A DNA stretch of 40,994 nt from the NCBI GenBank assembly GCA_041746575.1, contig JBGTGT010000024.1, positions 1 through 40,994 of the forward strand, written 5' to 3'. The notes beneath the pieces are model-generated. The model did no database searches. It had not been told where the DNA came from and was given only the letters and a program-made list of their open reading frames with translations. Below, in pieces: positions 10,335 through 20,285 of this stretch (the stretch's first letter is position 1; each line of letters opens with the position of its first letter). Origin of the DNA: Microcystaceae cyanobacterium. GTDB taxonomy: Bacteria; Cyanobacteriota; Cyanobacteriia; Cyanobacteriales; Microcystaceae. A program made the translations under genes and the position numbers.

Positions 10335-11565
10335 GATCTATTTGTGTTGGATTACTTAACTGAGATAAGAGTTTTTGGTAGTTATCTATGACGGTAGCAA
10401 ATGAATATTTTTCTTGAGCAATCTTAACCGCTTGATACCCTTTTTGAAGACATTTTTTAGGATGTGCCTCAACCCATTTAATTCGATACAATAATTCCGT
10501 AATATTAGCAGGAGACACCACCCATCCTACTGAGTCCTCTCGAATAATTTGCGCAATTTCTGTCGAAGATTCAGCAATAGCAAGAATCGGCTTTCCTGAG
10601 GCTAAATGATTATAAATTCGACTAGGAACAGATACCCCCGTCATGCCTCTAATTAAGCCAACAATGGCAATATCACAGGCGTTGAGTAAAATGTTCAATT
10701 GAGAACGAGGATAGGGATTCAACAGCGTAACATTAGTGAGTTGGTGATGCAAAATCTGTTGTTCAACAAAAGATCTTTTATGTCCTTTTCCAGCAATAAT
10801 AAAGTGAATACTGGGATCATTATTAAGTTTTTTAGCAACGTCAATAATATCTTCGAGTGGATGGGTTCTACCCATATTTCCTGAATAAAGAATAATAAAT
10901 TTATCTGATAATTTGAGAGACTCTAATAATAAATTACTCTCTTTAAATTGAGGTGAAATTAAGTCCAAATCAGCCCAATGGGGAATTATGGCAATTTTTT
11001 CTTTATGTTGATATTCCAAGTAATGATAGATTCGTTGAGCCATATCTCTGCCAATGGTAATAATTTGTGTTGCATTTTTAAAAAGTAACTGATTCATCCT
11101 TTGACCTAATTTTGTGATAGGAGAATGAGGAGTAAGTAAATCAGTAGCGACTAAAACTTCGGGATAAAGGTCATGAATTAAAACAACTAACTTGATTTTT
11201 TTAAGTCTCTTTAATAATAAAGCAAAAAAAGGTAAAACAGGAGGATTAGTTATCACAATGACAAGATCATCTTTTTGGCATAATTGACAAGCTTTTAAAA
11301 AGATAAAAAATGACCGACTTAGCTCATTAATTGCTCTGCCCCAAAAATAGTTTTTGTTAAACTTTGTTCCCCAACATCGCCAGATTTTGACGCTATTTCT
11401 CTGTTCATAACTAGGATAATTTGGCATTGGGATAAAATCAATCGTCGCTGGTGCAGTGACCACCTTTACCGTTTGATTTTGACTCAGAAATTCAGTAATT
11501 TTTGTTAAATAGTATCCTGTTGATGTGTCTTCAGGATAATATAATTCCGTTAAAATAAATACCAT
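10324..11565 (-). CDS. Glycosyltransferase family 4 (WbuB/CapL-like)
   Basis: ELYYPE, TNPP, HDLYPE, YSGNMG and VPSRIYNHLASGKP motifs. Confidence 0.88.
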   Translation of the reverse strand: MVFILTELYYPEDTSTGYYLTKITEFLSQNQTVKVVTAPATIDFIPMPNYPSYEQRNSVKIWRCWGTKFNKNYFWGRAINELSRSFFIFLKACQLCQKDDLVIVITNPPVLPFFALLLKRLKKIKLVVLIHDLYPEVLVATDLLTPHSPITKLGQRMNQLLFKNATQIITIGRDMAQRIYHYLEYQHKEKIAIIPHWADLDLISPQFKESNLLLESLKLSDKFIILYSGNMGRTHPLEDIIDVAKKLNNDPSIHFIIAGKGHKRSFVEQQILHHQLTNVTLLNPYPRSQLNILLNACDIAIVGLIRGMTGVSVPSRIYNHLASGKPILAIAESSTEIAQIIREDSVGWVVSPANITELLYRIKWVEAHPKKCLQKGYQAVKIAQEKYSFATVIDNYQKLLSQLSNPTQIDHEH

Positions 11566-11698
11566 TTCACAAAAGAATCACAAAACAGATAAATCGTAGT
11601 CCGAAGGCAACATTAACGATTAAGAAAAACACAAAAGAATCTTCACTTTTTCTCGTTTTAATTTAGCTAAAAAAACGAATATCCAGTGACTTGATATT

Positions 11699-12334
11699 CT
11701 AAATTATAGATTCATCTCCTCCTATCTTATCATCCCAAACAATACATTTCAAAGTCATTAAAATTAACTTTAAATCTGTCCCTAAATTTGCTTGGTCAAT
11801 ATACATCAAGTTCAAAGAAAGTTTTTCGGGCAAAATTGTTTCAATATAATGCGTTTCTGCGTCGGCAACCTTAGCCAATAATTCAGATTCGTGGCGGAAG
11901 CGAATTGAAGCAAAATCAGTAATTCCGGGTTTAACTTGTAAGACTCGACTCTGTTGATTATTATACAATGCAACGTATTTAGGCAATTCAGGACGAGGGC
12001 CAACCAAACTCATTTCTCCTGTTAAAACATTCCATAATTGGGGTAATTCATCCAATTTATACTGTCGTAAAAAACGACCACTCACGGTTAAACGGGGGTC
12101 ATTTCCAACTGTTAAAGAACGCCCTATTTGTTCTGCATGATGCACCATCGTCCGAAATTTAATCATCTTAAAGGGTTGACCATATTGACCAATTCTGACT
12201 TGACGAAAAAAAATGGTTCCCGAAGAATCAAATTTTACCCCAATAGCAATTAATAGAAAAAGCGGAAATAAAACTATCAATCCCAACAATGAAACGAGTA
12301 TATCAAATAATCGTTTAAAGTGCATAAATTCCAT
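11699..12334 (-). CDS. Small monotopic phosphoglycosyl transferase (PglC/WbgY/WcfS family)
   Basis: KRLFD, KFRTM, LRQYKLDELPQL, MSLVGPRPE and KPGITD motifs. Confidence 0.92.
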   Translation of the reverse strand: MEFMHFKRLFDILVSLLGLIVLFPLFLLIAIGVKFDSSGTIFFRQVRIGQYGQPFKMIKFRTMVHHAEQIGRSLTVGNDPRLTVSGRFLRQYKLDELPQLWNVLTGEMSLVGPRPELPKYVALYNNQQSRVLQVKPGITDFASIRFRHESELLAKVADAETHYIETILPEKLSLNLMYIDQANLGTDLKLILMTLKCIVWDDKIGGDESII

Positions 12335-12443
12335 CCCTAGTGTTCTTGAGAGAGATCATCAGTTTGTAAATTTAAGAGATTGAGTTAAAGAAATAAACTC
12401 TTTAGAGTTTACCGCCAACTAATATATGTTATTCTTGACATTA

Positions 12444-13613
12444 TTAACTCAAAATATCCTGAATTGCTTTTATCACTCTACCTTGATCATCCTTTGTCAT
12501 TTTAGTATAAATCGGCAAACTCACTGCCCCCCGATACACCTCAGAAGCAACGGGAAAATCTTCAGGTCTTAAATGATACCTTTCTCGCCAATAAGGATGA
12601 AAATGCAAAGGAATATAGTGAACACTGCAACCAATTCTCCGTTTTGTCATTGCTTCAATAAAATCCTCTCGCTGAATCCTTGCCGTTTCCTTTAAGCGAA
12701 TTGCGTATAAGTGCCAAGCATGGACATCCCCTTGAGGCGCATGAGCCGGTAAAATAAGGGGTAAATCTGCTAAATAAGTATCATAAAACTGAGCAATGGC
12801 TTCTCTTTTTTGCTGAAACAACCACACTTTTCTGAGCTGATGAATGCCAATCGCTGACGCCAAATCCGTCATATTGTATTTAAAACCGGGGGCAATTACT
12901 TCGTAGTACCATTTCGGTTGGGTTGAGGTATAACGGTCAAAAGCATCCCGATTGATGCCATGCAAGCGCATAATCCGGCATCGTTGAGCAATTTCTGGAT
13001 GTCTCGTCACCAGCATCCCTCCTTCCCCTGTGGCAATCGGTTTTGTGGCATAAAAACTAAAGACCGTTGCATCCGTTTCTAAACCGCCGATTAATTGCCC
13101 TCGATGGGTACATGGGATGGCATGGGCGGCATCTTCAATGATTTTTAAGCTGTATTTTCGAGCAATCTCGGTAATTGACCGCATTTCGCAGGACAAGCCC
13201 CCATAATGGACGGGAATAATCGCTTTAGTTCGAGGGGTAATCGCCGCTTCAATCTGTTGAGGATTTAAATTAAAGGTCTGAGGGTCAATATCAACAAAAA
13301 TGGGATCTGCCCCTAAATAACGGCAAACTTCAGCAGTAGCGGTGAAAGTATAGGGTGTTGTAATTACTTCGTCCCCTTCGCTCACGCCTATTGCCTCTAA
13401 CGCTAAATGCAACCCAGATGTAGCCGAATTAACAGCGATCGCTTCTACCTGATTTCCGATAAATTGGGCAAATTCCTGCTCAAATCGTTGTGTTTTGAGT
13501 CCTGTGGTCAGCCATCCTGATTTTAGGGTCTCTACGACCGATTGAATCTCTTCATCGCCGATATCAGGTAAGGCAAAAGGTAGGAAATTGTCAGGCATGG
13601 AGATTTTAGTCAT
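12444..13613 (-). CDS. DegT/DnrJ/EryC1/StrS sugar aminotransferase (WbgX/WcfR-like)
   Basis: [30 protein letters not shown] (PLP lysine) and the [11 protein letters not shown]...[11 protein letters not shown] signature. Confidence 0.92.
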   Translation of the reverse strand: MTKISMPDNFLPFALPDIGDEEIQSVVETLKSGWLTTGLKTQRFEQEFAQFIGNQVEAIAVNSATSGLHLALEAIGVSEGDEVITTPYTFTATAEVCRYLGADPIFVDIDPQTFNLNPQQIEAAITPRTKAIIPVHYGGLSCEMRSITEIARKYSLKIIEDAAHAIPCTHRGQLIGGLETDATVFSFYATKPIATGEGGMLVTRHPEIAQRCRIMRLHGINRDAFDRYTSTQPKWYYEVIAPGFKYNMTDLASAIGIHQLRKVWLFQQKREAIAQFYDTYLADLPLILPAHAPQGDVHAWHLYAIRLKETARIQREDFIEAMTKRRIGCSVHYIPLHFHPYWRERYHLRPEDFPVASEVYRGAVSLPIYTKMTKDDQGRVIKAIQDILS

Positions 13614-13626
13614 TTCTCTTGCCTTC

Positions 13627-13866
13627 TCATGATTTCACAAAAAGCACAAAAAATCCTGTCTTCTCTTCGATTTTTTCGATGTAATAGCCATTCATCCGGA
13701 GACTATCGGGAACTTGTTCAATTGGTTCACCCTCATCCAACCAAACCGCTAATAACTGACCAGACGGCATTTGGTCTAACTTTAGCTTGGTTTTGACAAA
13801 ATTAAGGGGACAAGGAGTTCCCCTCAAATCCAATACGGGAGTGTCAGCAGTGGTGTCAGAGTTCAT
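13627..13866 (-). CDS. TusA/SirA-like sulfur-carrier protein
   Basis: [17 protein letters not shown] motif. Abuts the dnaJ stop. Confidence 0.9.
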   Translation of the reverse strand: MNSDTTADTPVLDLRGTPCPLNFVKTKLKLDQMPSGQLLAVWLDEGEPIEQVPDSLRMNGYYIEKIEEKTGFFVLFVKS

Positions 13867-14985
13867 TTACTTAAACAATCCTCCCAAAAAACCCTCTAAT
13901 CCTCCTTTTCCATAGGTTTCTCCGTGAATTTTAGCCAATTTTTCTAATAAATCCCGTTCTTCTGCACTAATTTTACTGGGAATCTTGATATTAATCGTAA
14001 TTAAATGATCCCCCCGTAAGGTCGCATTGCCCAGTTTAGGAACACCGAGGCTTTCTAAGGTCAATACTGTATTCGGTTGCGTCCCCGCCGGAATTTCTAA
14101 TTCCTGTTGACCATCCACCGTATTGACGGGTAAACGGCACCCTAAAATAGCTTGAAGATAGCTAATAGAAAGCTGGGAACGAATATTCATCCCTTCTCTC
14201 GTAAATTCTTTATCGAGTTCAACCGTCAAGTAAACATATAAATCTCCCGCCGGTCCCCCTTTCTCGCCAGCATCCCCTTCACCGGACACTCTTAAACGCG
14301 TGCCATTATCTACACCGGGGGGAATGGTGATTTTCAGCTTTTTCGTTTCTTGTTTACGACCAGCCCCGCCACAGAATTCACATTTCTCCTCAATCACTTG
14401 ACCTGCGCCATTACAAGTAGGACAGGTAGACATTTGAGTAAAACTGCCAAAGGGGGTTCGGGCCGACCGTCTGACTTGACCTACCCCATTACATGTTCCG
14501 CAGGTTTTAGCAGAAGTCCCCGGTTTTGCACCACTTCCTTGGCAAATTTGACACGCTTCTAAGTGAGGAATCCGAATTTCTTTTTCTCCCCCAAAAACAG
14601 CCTCACGAAAACCCAATCTAAGGTCAAGACGAAGGTCATCCCCGCGCGCTGGCCCACTGCGTCGTCTGCCTCCCGTACCAGACCCCATTCCGCCAAAACC
14701 GCCGAAAATAGTCTCAAAAATATCGGCAAATCCGCCCATATCTGGGTCAAACCCCCCTGCGCCACTACTTACACCTGCTTCACCAAAACGGTCATAGCGA
14801 TCTCGGGTATCGGGTTCTGAGAGAACTTCATAAGCGCGATTGATTTCTTTAAATCTCTCTTCTGCACCGGATTCTTTGTTAACATCGGGATGATATTTGC
14901 GAGCGAGGCGGCGATAGGCACGTTTAATTTCTTCTTTTGAGGCATTACGGGAAATACCGAGGATTTCGTAGTAGTCACCGGGCAT
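13867..14985 (-). CDS. dnaJ: Molecular chaperone DnaJ (type I)
   Basis: J-domain with HPD, G/F region, four CxxCxGxG repeats and C-terminal domain. Confidence 0.97.
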   Translation of the reverse strand: MPGDYYEILGISRNASKEEIKRAYRRLARKYHPDVNKESGAEERFKEINRAYEVLSEPDTRDRYDRFGEAGVSSGAGGFDPDMGGFADIFETIFGGFGGMGSGTGGRRRSGPARGDDLRLDLRLGFREAVFGGEKEIRIPHLEACQICQGSGAKPGTSAKTCGTCNGVGQVRRSARTPFGSFTQMSTCPTCNGAGQVIEEKCEFCGGAGRKQETKKLKITIPPGVDNGTRLRVSGEGDAGEKGGPAGDLYVYLTVELDKEFTREGMNIRSQLSISYLQAILGCRLPVNTVDGQQELEIPAGTQPNTVLTLESLGVPKLGNATLRGDHLITINIKIPSKISAEERDLLEKLAKIHGETYGKGGLEGFLGGLFK

Positions 14986-15130
14986 AAGGCTGTTTCTAAT
15001 GGAAGATTGTCGACAATAGCAATAGGCTAGGTCTCACTGTGAGCAGTGAATAAGGTTGGCCTAATCTTAACTGTAACAAATTATTGCTTAAGATGGGGAT
15101 TCTCTGACGAGGGAATTCAAGGGTAAAAAG

Positions 15131-15451
15131 TCAAAGTAACCACAAGATCCCATTTAATCCCAGTAAAACCACCAATAAAATCAAATTCAGCATTAAATCC
15201 CGACGGTGATTTTTCGCTTGTTTTAAGAGAATATCACTGCCTTGGTTTTTGAGATATTTTTGTAAAAAAGCAGGCAACTTATCATAATATTGCTTGTATT
15301 GCAGAATTTGGCGAATGACACTGATTCCATCATATAAAGTCACCACCAGTAACAGCAGTCGAAATAGCCAATAAACATTAAATTCTTGGGGAACTTGTTG
15401 GGAAATAACCCCAAAAAAATGCGTATAAACACGGAAATGGTGGGAAAACAT
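15131..15451 (-). CDS. Hypothetical small membrane protein (2 TM)
   Basis: 106-aa ORF with two hydrophobic stretches filling the dnaJ-ebsA gap. No recognised family. Confidence 0.55.
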   Translation of the reverse strand: MFSHHFRVYTHFFGVISQQVPQEFNVYWLFRLLLLVVTLYDGISVIRQILQYKQYYDKLPAFLQKYLKNQGSDILLKQAKNHRRDLMLNLILLVVLLGLNGILWLL

Positions 15452-15531
15452 AGGAAAAATTTCAGCGATCAGACCGCTCTATCTTAAGCTAAACTAGGAA
15501 TAATAACCCAGCGTTGATGATTTTTTATATT

Positions 15532-15918
15532 ATGGCTAGTATTGAAACTCTTGTCGAGGCGCAAAAAGCGGATGTAATGGTCTATCAACCCTATTATTCC
15601 AAAGACAAGCTCTCAGTTCTACCCTACGCAATCACGCTCTACGAATCGGGAAGTTTAGAAGGTAAACGCTTAATTGAAGGCGGTGACGGCATTGCGTTTG
15701 TGGCGAGTTGGTATGTCTCCAAACTCCCTTCAGAACTGACTCGCTGTCGCATTCAATTCGATGGACAAGCGGACTTAAACTACGAACTGACTATTCTTAA
15801 TGCCGAATTTATTGATTATTTGATTGAAGCCATTAAGATATATAAAGAGGCTGGCGTGGCGGATTTTCCTCAAGGACTCTATCGCAAATTACTCAAGTTT
15901 GATGAAACGCCCTCCTAA
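15532..15918 (+). CDS. ebsA: Type IV pilus/secretion factor EbsA
   Basis: VYQPYY, LEG-R-IEGG--I-FVASW-VSKLPSELTRCRIQFDG-ADL-YE and DF---LYRKLL match cyanobacterial EbsA. Likely start is ATG 15532. Confidence 0.85.
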   Translation: MASIETLVEAQKADVMVYQPYYSKDKLSVLPYAITLYESGSLEGKRLIEGGDGIAFVASWYVSKLPSELTRCRIQFDGQADLNYELTILNAEFIDYLIEAIKIYKEAGVADFPQGLYRKLLKFDETPS

Positions 15919-15950
15919 TCCATGATTTTGTTGCAAAAAGGAGTATCCGT

Positions 15951-17030
15951 GTGGCAAAACCCACTCAATACCTATTAATTGGTTCAATTGAATTTTATAG
16001 TGGCAAATCTGGTACAATTTTAGGCATTGCTCATCAATTGAGCCAAAAAGGGCTTGCTGTGGCTTATGCTAAGTTGATGGGAACTTGTTTGACGGAACAA
16101 GACGATACCCCTCAAGATCAGGATGTGCAGTGTTTGCAAGAGGCATTGCAACTCTCGGATGATCAAGTCCGATCGCCCTTAGTATTATTGGATGATAAAA
16201 CCCTTGAAAAACGATTCAGAGGGGAAGATACGACAGATTATACTCAATTGTTAACCCGCTATTTAGAGGGGTTGACGGCGGAAGTAGTATTAATTGAAGG
16301 GCCGAGTACCCTCGCTGAAGGCAGTCTTTTTGGGCTGTCGATGCAACAGCTTTCTAAGGGATTAGGCACTTCCGTCGTAGTGGTTGCTCGTTATAGCTCA
16401 TTTGCGATTATTGACAGTCTTTTAAAAGCAAGAATGGTGTTAGGGGACGCTTTATTGGGGATTGTTCTCAATGATGTGCCGGAAGATCACTTAGAAACTC
16501 TAACCGATACCGTTAAACCCTTTTTAGAAAACCAGGGCATTGCCGTCCTCGGTATTTTACCCCAAAGTCGTTTGCTACGCAGTGTCAGCGTGCGGGAAAT
16601 TGCCCGTCAGTTGAAGGCTGAGGTGTTGTGTCGTCCTGATCGCTTGGATTTGATGGTGGAAACGCTAAGTATTGGGGCAATGAATGTCAATTCTGCCTTA
16701 GAATACTTCCGAAAAGGGGAAAATAAGGCAGTAGTAACCGGAGGCGATCGCACCGATTTACAATTAGCGGCCTTAGAAACGTCCACCAGTTGTCTCATTT
16801 TAACAGGACAGATGCCCCCTCAATCTTTAATTATTAGTCGGGCGGAAGATTTAGAAATTCCTATTTTATCCGTCGACTACGATACCTTAAAAACGGTGGA
16901 AATTGTCGATCAATCCTTTGGCAAAGTACGATTACATGAGCAGATTAAAGTGGATTGTATTCAGGATTTGATGGAAAAATATTTTGATGTTGACCGTTTA
17001 TTAGAGAAGTTAAACAAGTCATCAAATTAA
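15951..17030 (+). CDS. Phosphotransacetylase-family protein (BioD-like P-loop plus DRTGG domain, no PTA catalytic domain)
   Basis: YSGKS P-loop, LIEG and VTGGDRTD. Lies directly downstream of ebsA. Confidence 0.88.
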   Translation: MAKPTQYLLIGSIEFYSGKSGTILGIAHQLSQKGLAVAYAKLMGTCLTEQDDTPQDQDVQCLQEALQLSDDQVRSPLVLLDDKTLEKRFRGEDTTDYTQLLTRYLEGLTAEVVLIEGPSTLAEGSLFGLSMQQLSKGLGTSVVVVARYSSFAIIDSLLKARMVLGDALLGIVLNDVPEDHLETLTDTVKPFLENQGIAVLGILPQSRLLRSVSVREIARQLKAEVLCRPDRLDLMVETLSIGAMNVNSALEYFRKGENKAVVTGGDRTDLQLAALETSTSCLILTGQMPPQSLIISRAEDLEIPILSVDYDTLKTVEIVDQSFGKVRLHEQIKVDCIQDLMEKYFDVDRLLEKLNKSSN

Positions 17031-17067
17031 GGGTTGTAGTACTCTCAACAAGGGGGAATGACCCCCC

Positions 17068-20055
17068 TTAATCAACCCCCTCGATGGGGGCGAAACCCTG
17101 TCGCTGAATATTTTCCGTAATGTGACGGGGTTCAAGGAATTGCAACAAGTAATCAGGCCCACCGGCCTTGGAACCCACCCCCGATAACTTAAACCCACCA
17201 AAGGGTTGACGCGCCACAATAGCTCCTGTAATACTACGATTAATATAAAGGTTGCCTACCTCAAATTCCTGCGCCGCTTGCTCGATATGATCAGGAGTTC
17301 GGGAATATAATCCTCCTGTTAAGGCATAATCCGTTCCATTAGCGACGCTTAACGCTTCATCAAAGGTTTTTACCCGAATGACGGCTACAACCGGACCAAA
17401 AATCTCTTCCTGGGCAATAATGGCATTTGAGGCAATTTCACCGATAATGGTCGGCGAAACAAAATATCCTCCCTCTGGAACCGGCATTTCTAAGGTTAAC
17501 TTTCCTTCTTGTTTCCCCTTTTCGATGTATTCCTTAATACGTCCTTGTGCCGTAGCATCGATGACAGGGCCGATTTGAGTCGAAGGATCATCTGCTTGAC
17601 CAATATTTAGCGATCGCGTGGCTTCGACAAAGCGTTCCATAAACTGGTCATAAACAGAATCCAGTACGATTACCCGCGAACAGGCGGAACATTTTTGCCC
17701 CGTGTAGCCAAAGGCAGAAAAGACCGTTCCGGCCACGGCTTGATCTAAATCCGCACTTTCGTCGACAATAATCGCATTTTTTCCGCCCATTTCTGCAATA
17801 ACACGCTTCAGATGTTTTTGCCCTGGTTGAACGACTGAGGCATCGGTGTAGATACGACAACCCACTTCCCGTGAGCCGGTAAAGGCGATTAACTGAATAT
17901 CAGGATGCTTCACTAAATACGCCCCCACGACTGAGCCTTTACCGGGGATAAATTGGAAAACTCCTCGAGGAATTCCTGCTTCTACTAGAATTTCTGCGAT
18001 TTTAGCGGCAATGACCGTTGATGTTTCCGCCGGTTTCAGCAAAGTACAATTGCCCGTTGCTAAGGCGGCCACTGTCATCCCCGTAGCGATCGCAAAGGGA
18101 AAATTCCAAGGAGAGATGATGAGGGCAATTCCTCTCGGTTGATAATGATAACGGTTGGTTTCTCCGGCAATATCGTAGTTTACCCCTTGATCTAACCGTT
18201 CCATTTCCGAAGCATAAAAACGACAAAAATCAATTGCCTCTGATACCTCCGCATCCGCCTGTTGCAAGACTTTCCCGACTTCTAGACAAATCCAAGCAGA
18301 CAGTTCGGGGCGACGACGTTCCATAATATCTGCCGCTTTCCGCAAAATATCAGCCCTTGCACTCACAGCCGTTTTTTTCCAAGCAGGAAAGGCTTTTTTC
18401 GCCGCTTTCATGGCCGCTTCTGCTTGTTCAATCGAAATTAAGCCGACATGACCGACAATTTCGGCAAACTGAGAAGGATTCACCGACTCAATCGTTGTCT
18501 CTGTTTGGATATATTCTCCATTAATCAAGGGTAAATACGTTTTATCTAGACTGTTTTTGACTTTTTCTAACGCTTGCTTAGCTTCATAGCGTAATTTCTC
18601 CTTTGCATAGTCTGTGTCGGCGGCATTAACAAACGGCAAAGGGGTATGACTAGCGTAACCCCTTGTTTCGATCTTATCTTCCACCATCGGCGGCGCGATT
18701 AGTTCTTCTATGGGTTTTTCTGCTAAGTTTTGTCGTAAAAAGGAGCTATTAGCTGTATTTTCCAGCAAACGCCGAATTAAATAGGCCATACCGGGCAGTA
18801 ATTGGCCATAGGGGGAATAGACACGTACCCGATAACCTCTCTTTACTAAGGCTTTGGCTAAATTGTCCCCCATACCATATAAAACTTGCATTTCAAGGTG
18901 GCGACGGGGGATATTAAGGGTTTCCGCTATGGCACAGGCTACCGCTTGAGATCTGACGTTATGAGAGCCAATGGCAGCATACAGATATTCATGATTTTCT
19001 AAAAGTAACCGAGTCATCCGTTCGTAATTCGCATCGGTTTTAGCTTTTTCCGTATAAACCGGATTATCCCAGTGATTTTGTAGGGATTTAATCGTTTCTT
19101 GATCCCAATAAGCCCCTTTAACTAAACGCACCGTCACGGGATGCCCTCTGTCTTTCGCCCAGAGAATTAACTCTTTCAGATCAGGGTAGGAATCTTTTAA
19201 ATAAGCTTGTAAGGTAATGCCAATATCCGTCCGATTGCGAAATTCTGCTTCTAAGAGTAATTCTTTGAGAATTGCTAAGGTTAAATCTTTATATTCATAT
19301 TGTTCCATATCAAAATGAACCGCCACCCCCAATTCTTGCGCCCGACGCAGTAAAATGCGGATGCGATCGCAGACTTTCTTTTTGCTTCCTTCAGGATCAA
19401 TGGGGTCAAATTGGGAATAAAAAGCGGTTAATTTAACGGAAACTTGAACTTTAGAGAGATTTTCGCCATCTGCTTCGTCAATTTGAGGAACGTTTGTCCA
19501 TTGTTGCGCTTGATTGGATAACTGTTCCATTAAGTCCAAATATCGTTCTAAATAAGCTTGCGCTTCCGTTTCCGTAATGACGGCTTCACCCAATAAGTCA
19601 ATGGTAAAAGCCATTTTCTCTTTTCGCAGTTTTTCTACCGTTTTAATAATTTGAGGAACGGTTTCTCCTGCAATATATTTAAAAGCAAGGGTTTCCACTG
19701 CCTTGGAAATGGTAGCCCCCGCTAACTGGGCTGGAGGGCTATTCGGATCGGTAAAATTGAGAATTCCTTTTAAGGTATTGGGCAATTCTACTGCTTCATC
19801 CGATAGGTATTGTTGTAGGTGGTTAGCAATTTCCGCTTTACTTTGCAAGGCCGGAAGACTATCAATAAAACGGAATAACTGTACTCTTAAACCGGGGTTT
19901 TCCATTGCCCAAGCAAGTAATTTGTCATCCAATCGCATTTGATCGCCAATTTTTGCAAAAATAGACCGCTTTTCACGAGTTTGAGCGATTAATTCCCTAG
20001 CGATGTCTTGGGTTTTGCTTTCGTATTCTTGCATCGGATTCATTGATACAACCAC
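17068..20055 (-). CDS. putA: Bifunctional proline dehydrogenase / P5C dehydrogenase
   Basis: PRODH motifs (DME, RLVKGAYWD, YLIRRLLEN) and ALDH motifs (SPWNFP, EMGGKN, GQKCSAC, EEIFGP). Confidence 0.95.
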   Translation of the reverse strand: MVVSMNPMQEYESKTQDIARELIAQTREKRSIFAKIGDQMRLDDKLLAWAMENPGLRVQLFRFIDSLPALQSKAEIANHLQQYLSDEAVELPNTLKGILNFTDPNSPPAQLAGATISKAVETLAFKYIAGETVPQIIKTVEKLRKEKMAFTIDLLGEAVITETEAQAYLERYLDLMEQLSNQAQQWTNVPQIDEADGENLSKVQVSVKLTAFYSQFDPIDPEGSKKKVCDRIRILLRRAQELGVAVHFDMEQYEYKDLTLAILKELLLEAEFRNRTDIGITLQAYLKDSYPDLKELILWAKDRGHPVTVRLVKGAYWDQETIKSLQNHWDNPVYTEKAKTDANYERMTRLLLENHEYLYAAIGSHNVRSQAVACAIAETLNIPRRHLEMQVLYGMGDNLAKALVKRGYRVRVYSPYGQLLPGMAYLIRRLLENTANSSFLRQNLAEKPIEELIAPPMVEDKIETRGYASHTPLPFVNAADTDYAKEKLRYEAKQALEKVKNSLDKTYLPLINGEYIQTETTIESVNPSQFAEIVGHVGLISIEQAEAAMKAAKKAFPAWKKTAVSARADILRKAADIMERRRPELSAWICLEVGKVLQQADAEVSEAIDFCRFYASEMERLDQGVNYDIAGETNRYHYQPRGIALIISPWNFPFAIATGMTVAALATGNCTLLKPAETSTVIAAKIAEILVEAGIPRGVFQFIPGKGSVVGAYLVKHPDIQLIAFTGSREVGCRIYTDASVVQPGQKHLKRVIAEMGGKNAIIVDESADLDQAVAGTVFSAFGYTGQKCSACSRVIVLDSVYDQFMERFVEATRSLNIGQADDPSTQIGPVIDATAQGRIKEYIEKGKQEGKLTLEMPVPEGGYFVSPTIIGEIASNAIIAQEEIFGPVVAVIRVKTFDEALSVANGTDYALTGGLYSRTPDHIEQAAQEFEVGNLYINRSITGAIVARQPFGGFKLSGVGSKAGGPDYLLQFLEPRHITENIQRQGFAPIEGVD

Positions 20056-20223
20056 CGTTTATCCCTCCTAAAATTGCCTGCAGTGAGTCGTGTTTTGGTG
20101 ATGACGTGGGATTTCAAGGTTTTCAACGCTTGATACATTGCACCCAAATAAACTATTATAACTGCTTCGGTCGGTTGGCAAGGAACTCGCATCAATAAAC
20201 TTAAGGGATATTCATAATATGAC

Positions 20224-20266
20224 AAAAGAGAGAAGACCTTACCGACATCGATAAAGTCTTCTCTCT
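20224..20266 (-). terminator. Rho-independent terminator of the porin gene
   Basis: Inverted repeat AGAGAGAAGAC/GTCTTCTCTCT ending in a U-run on the minus strand, ~20 nt after the porin stop. Confidence 0.8.
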
Positions 20267-20285
20267 ACGCTACGAATGATTCAAC

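Noticed and set aside
17049..17070. AAGGGGGAATGACCCCCCTT hairpin between the convergent DRTGG gene and putA
   Set aside because: Plausible bidirectional stop signal, but it is short, overlaps the putA stop and lacks a clear U-tract.
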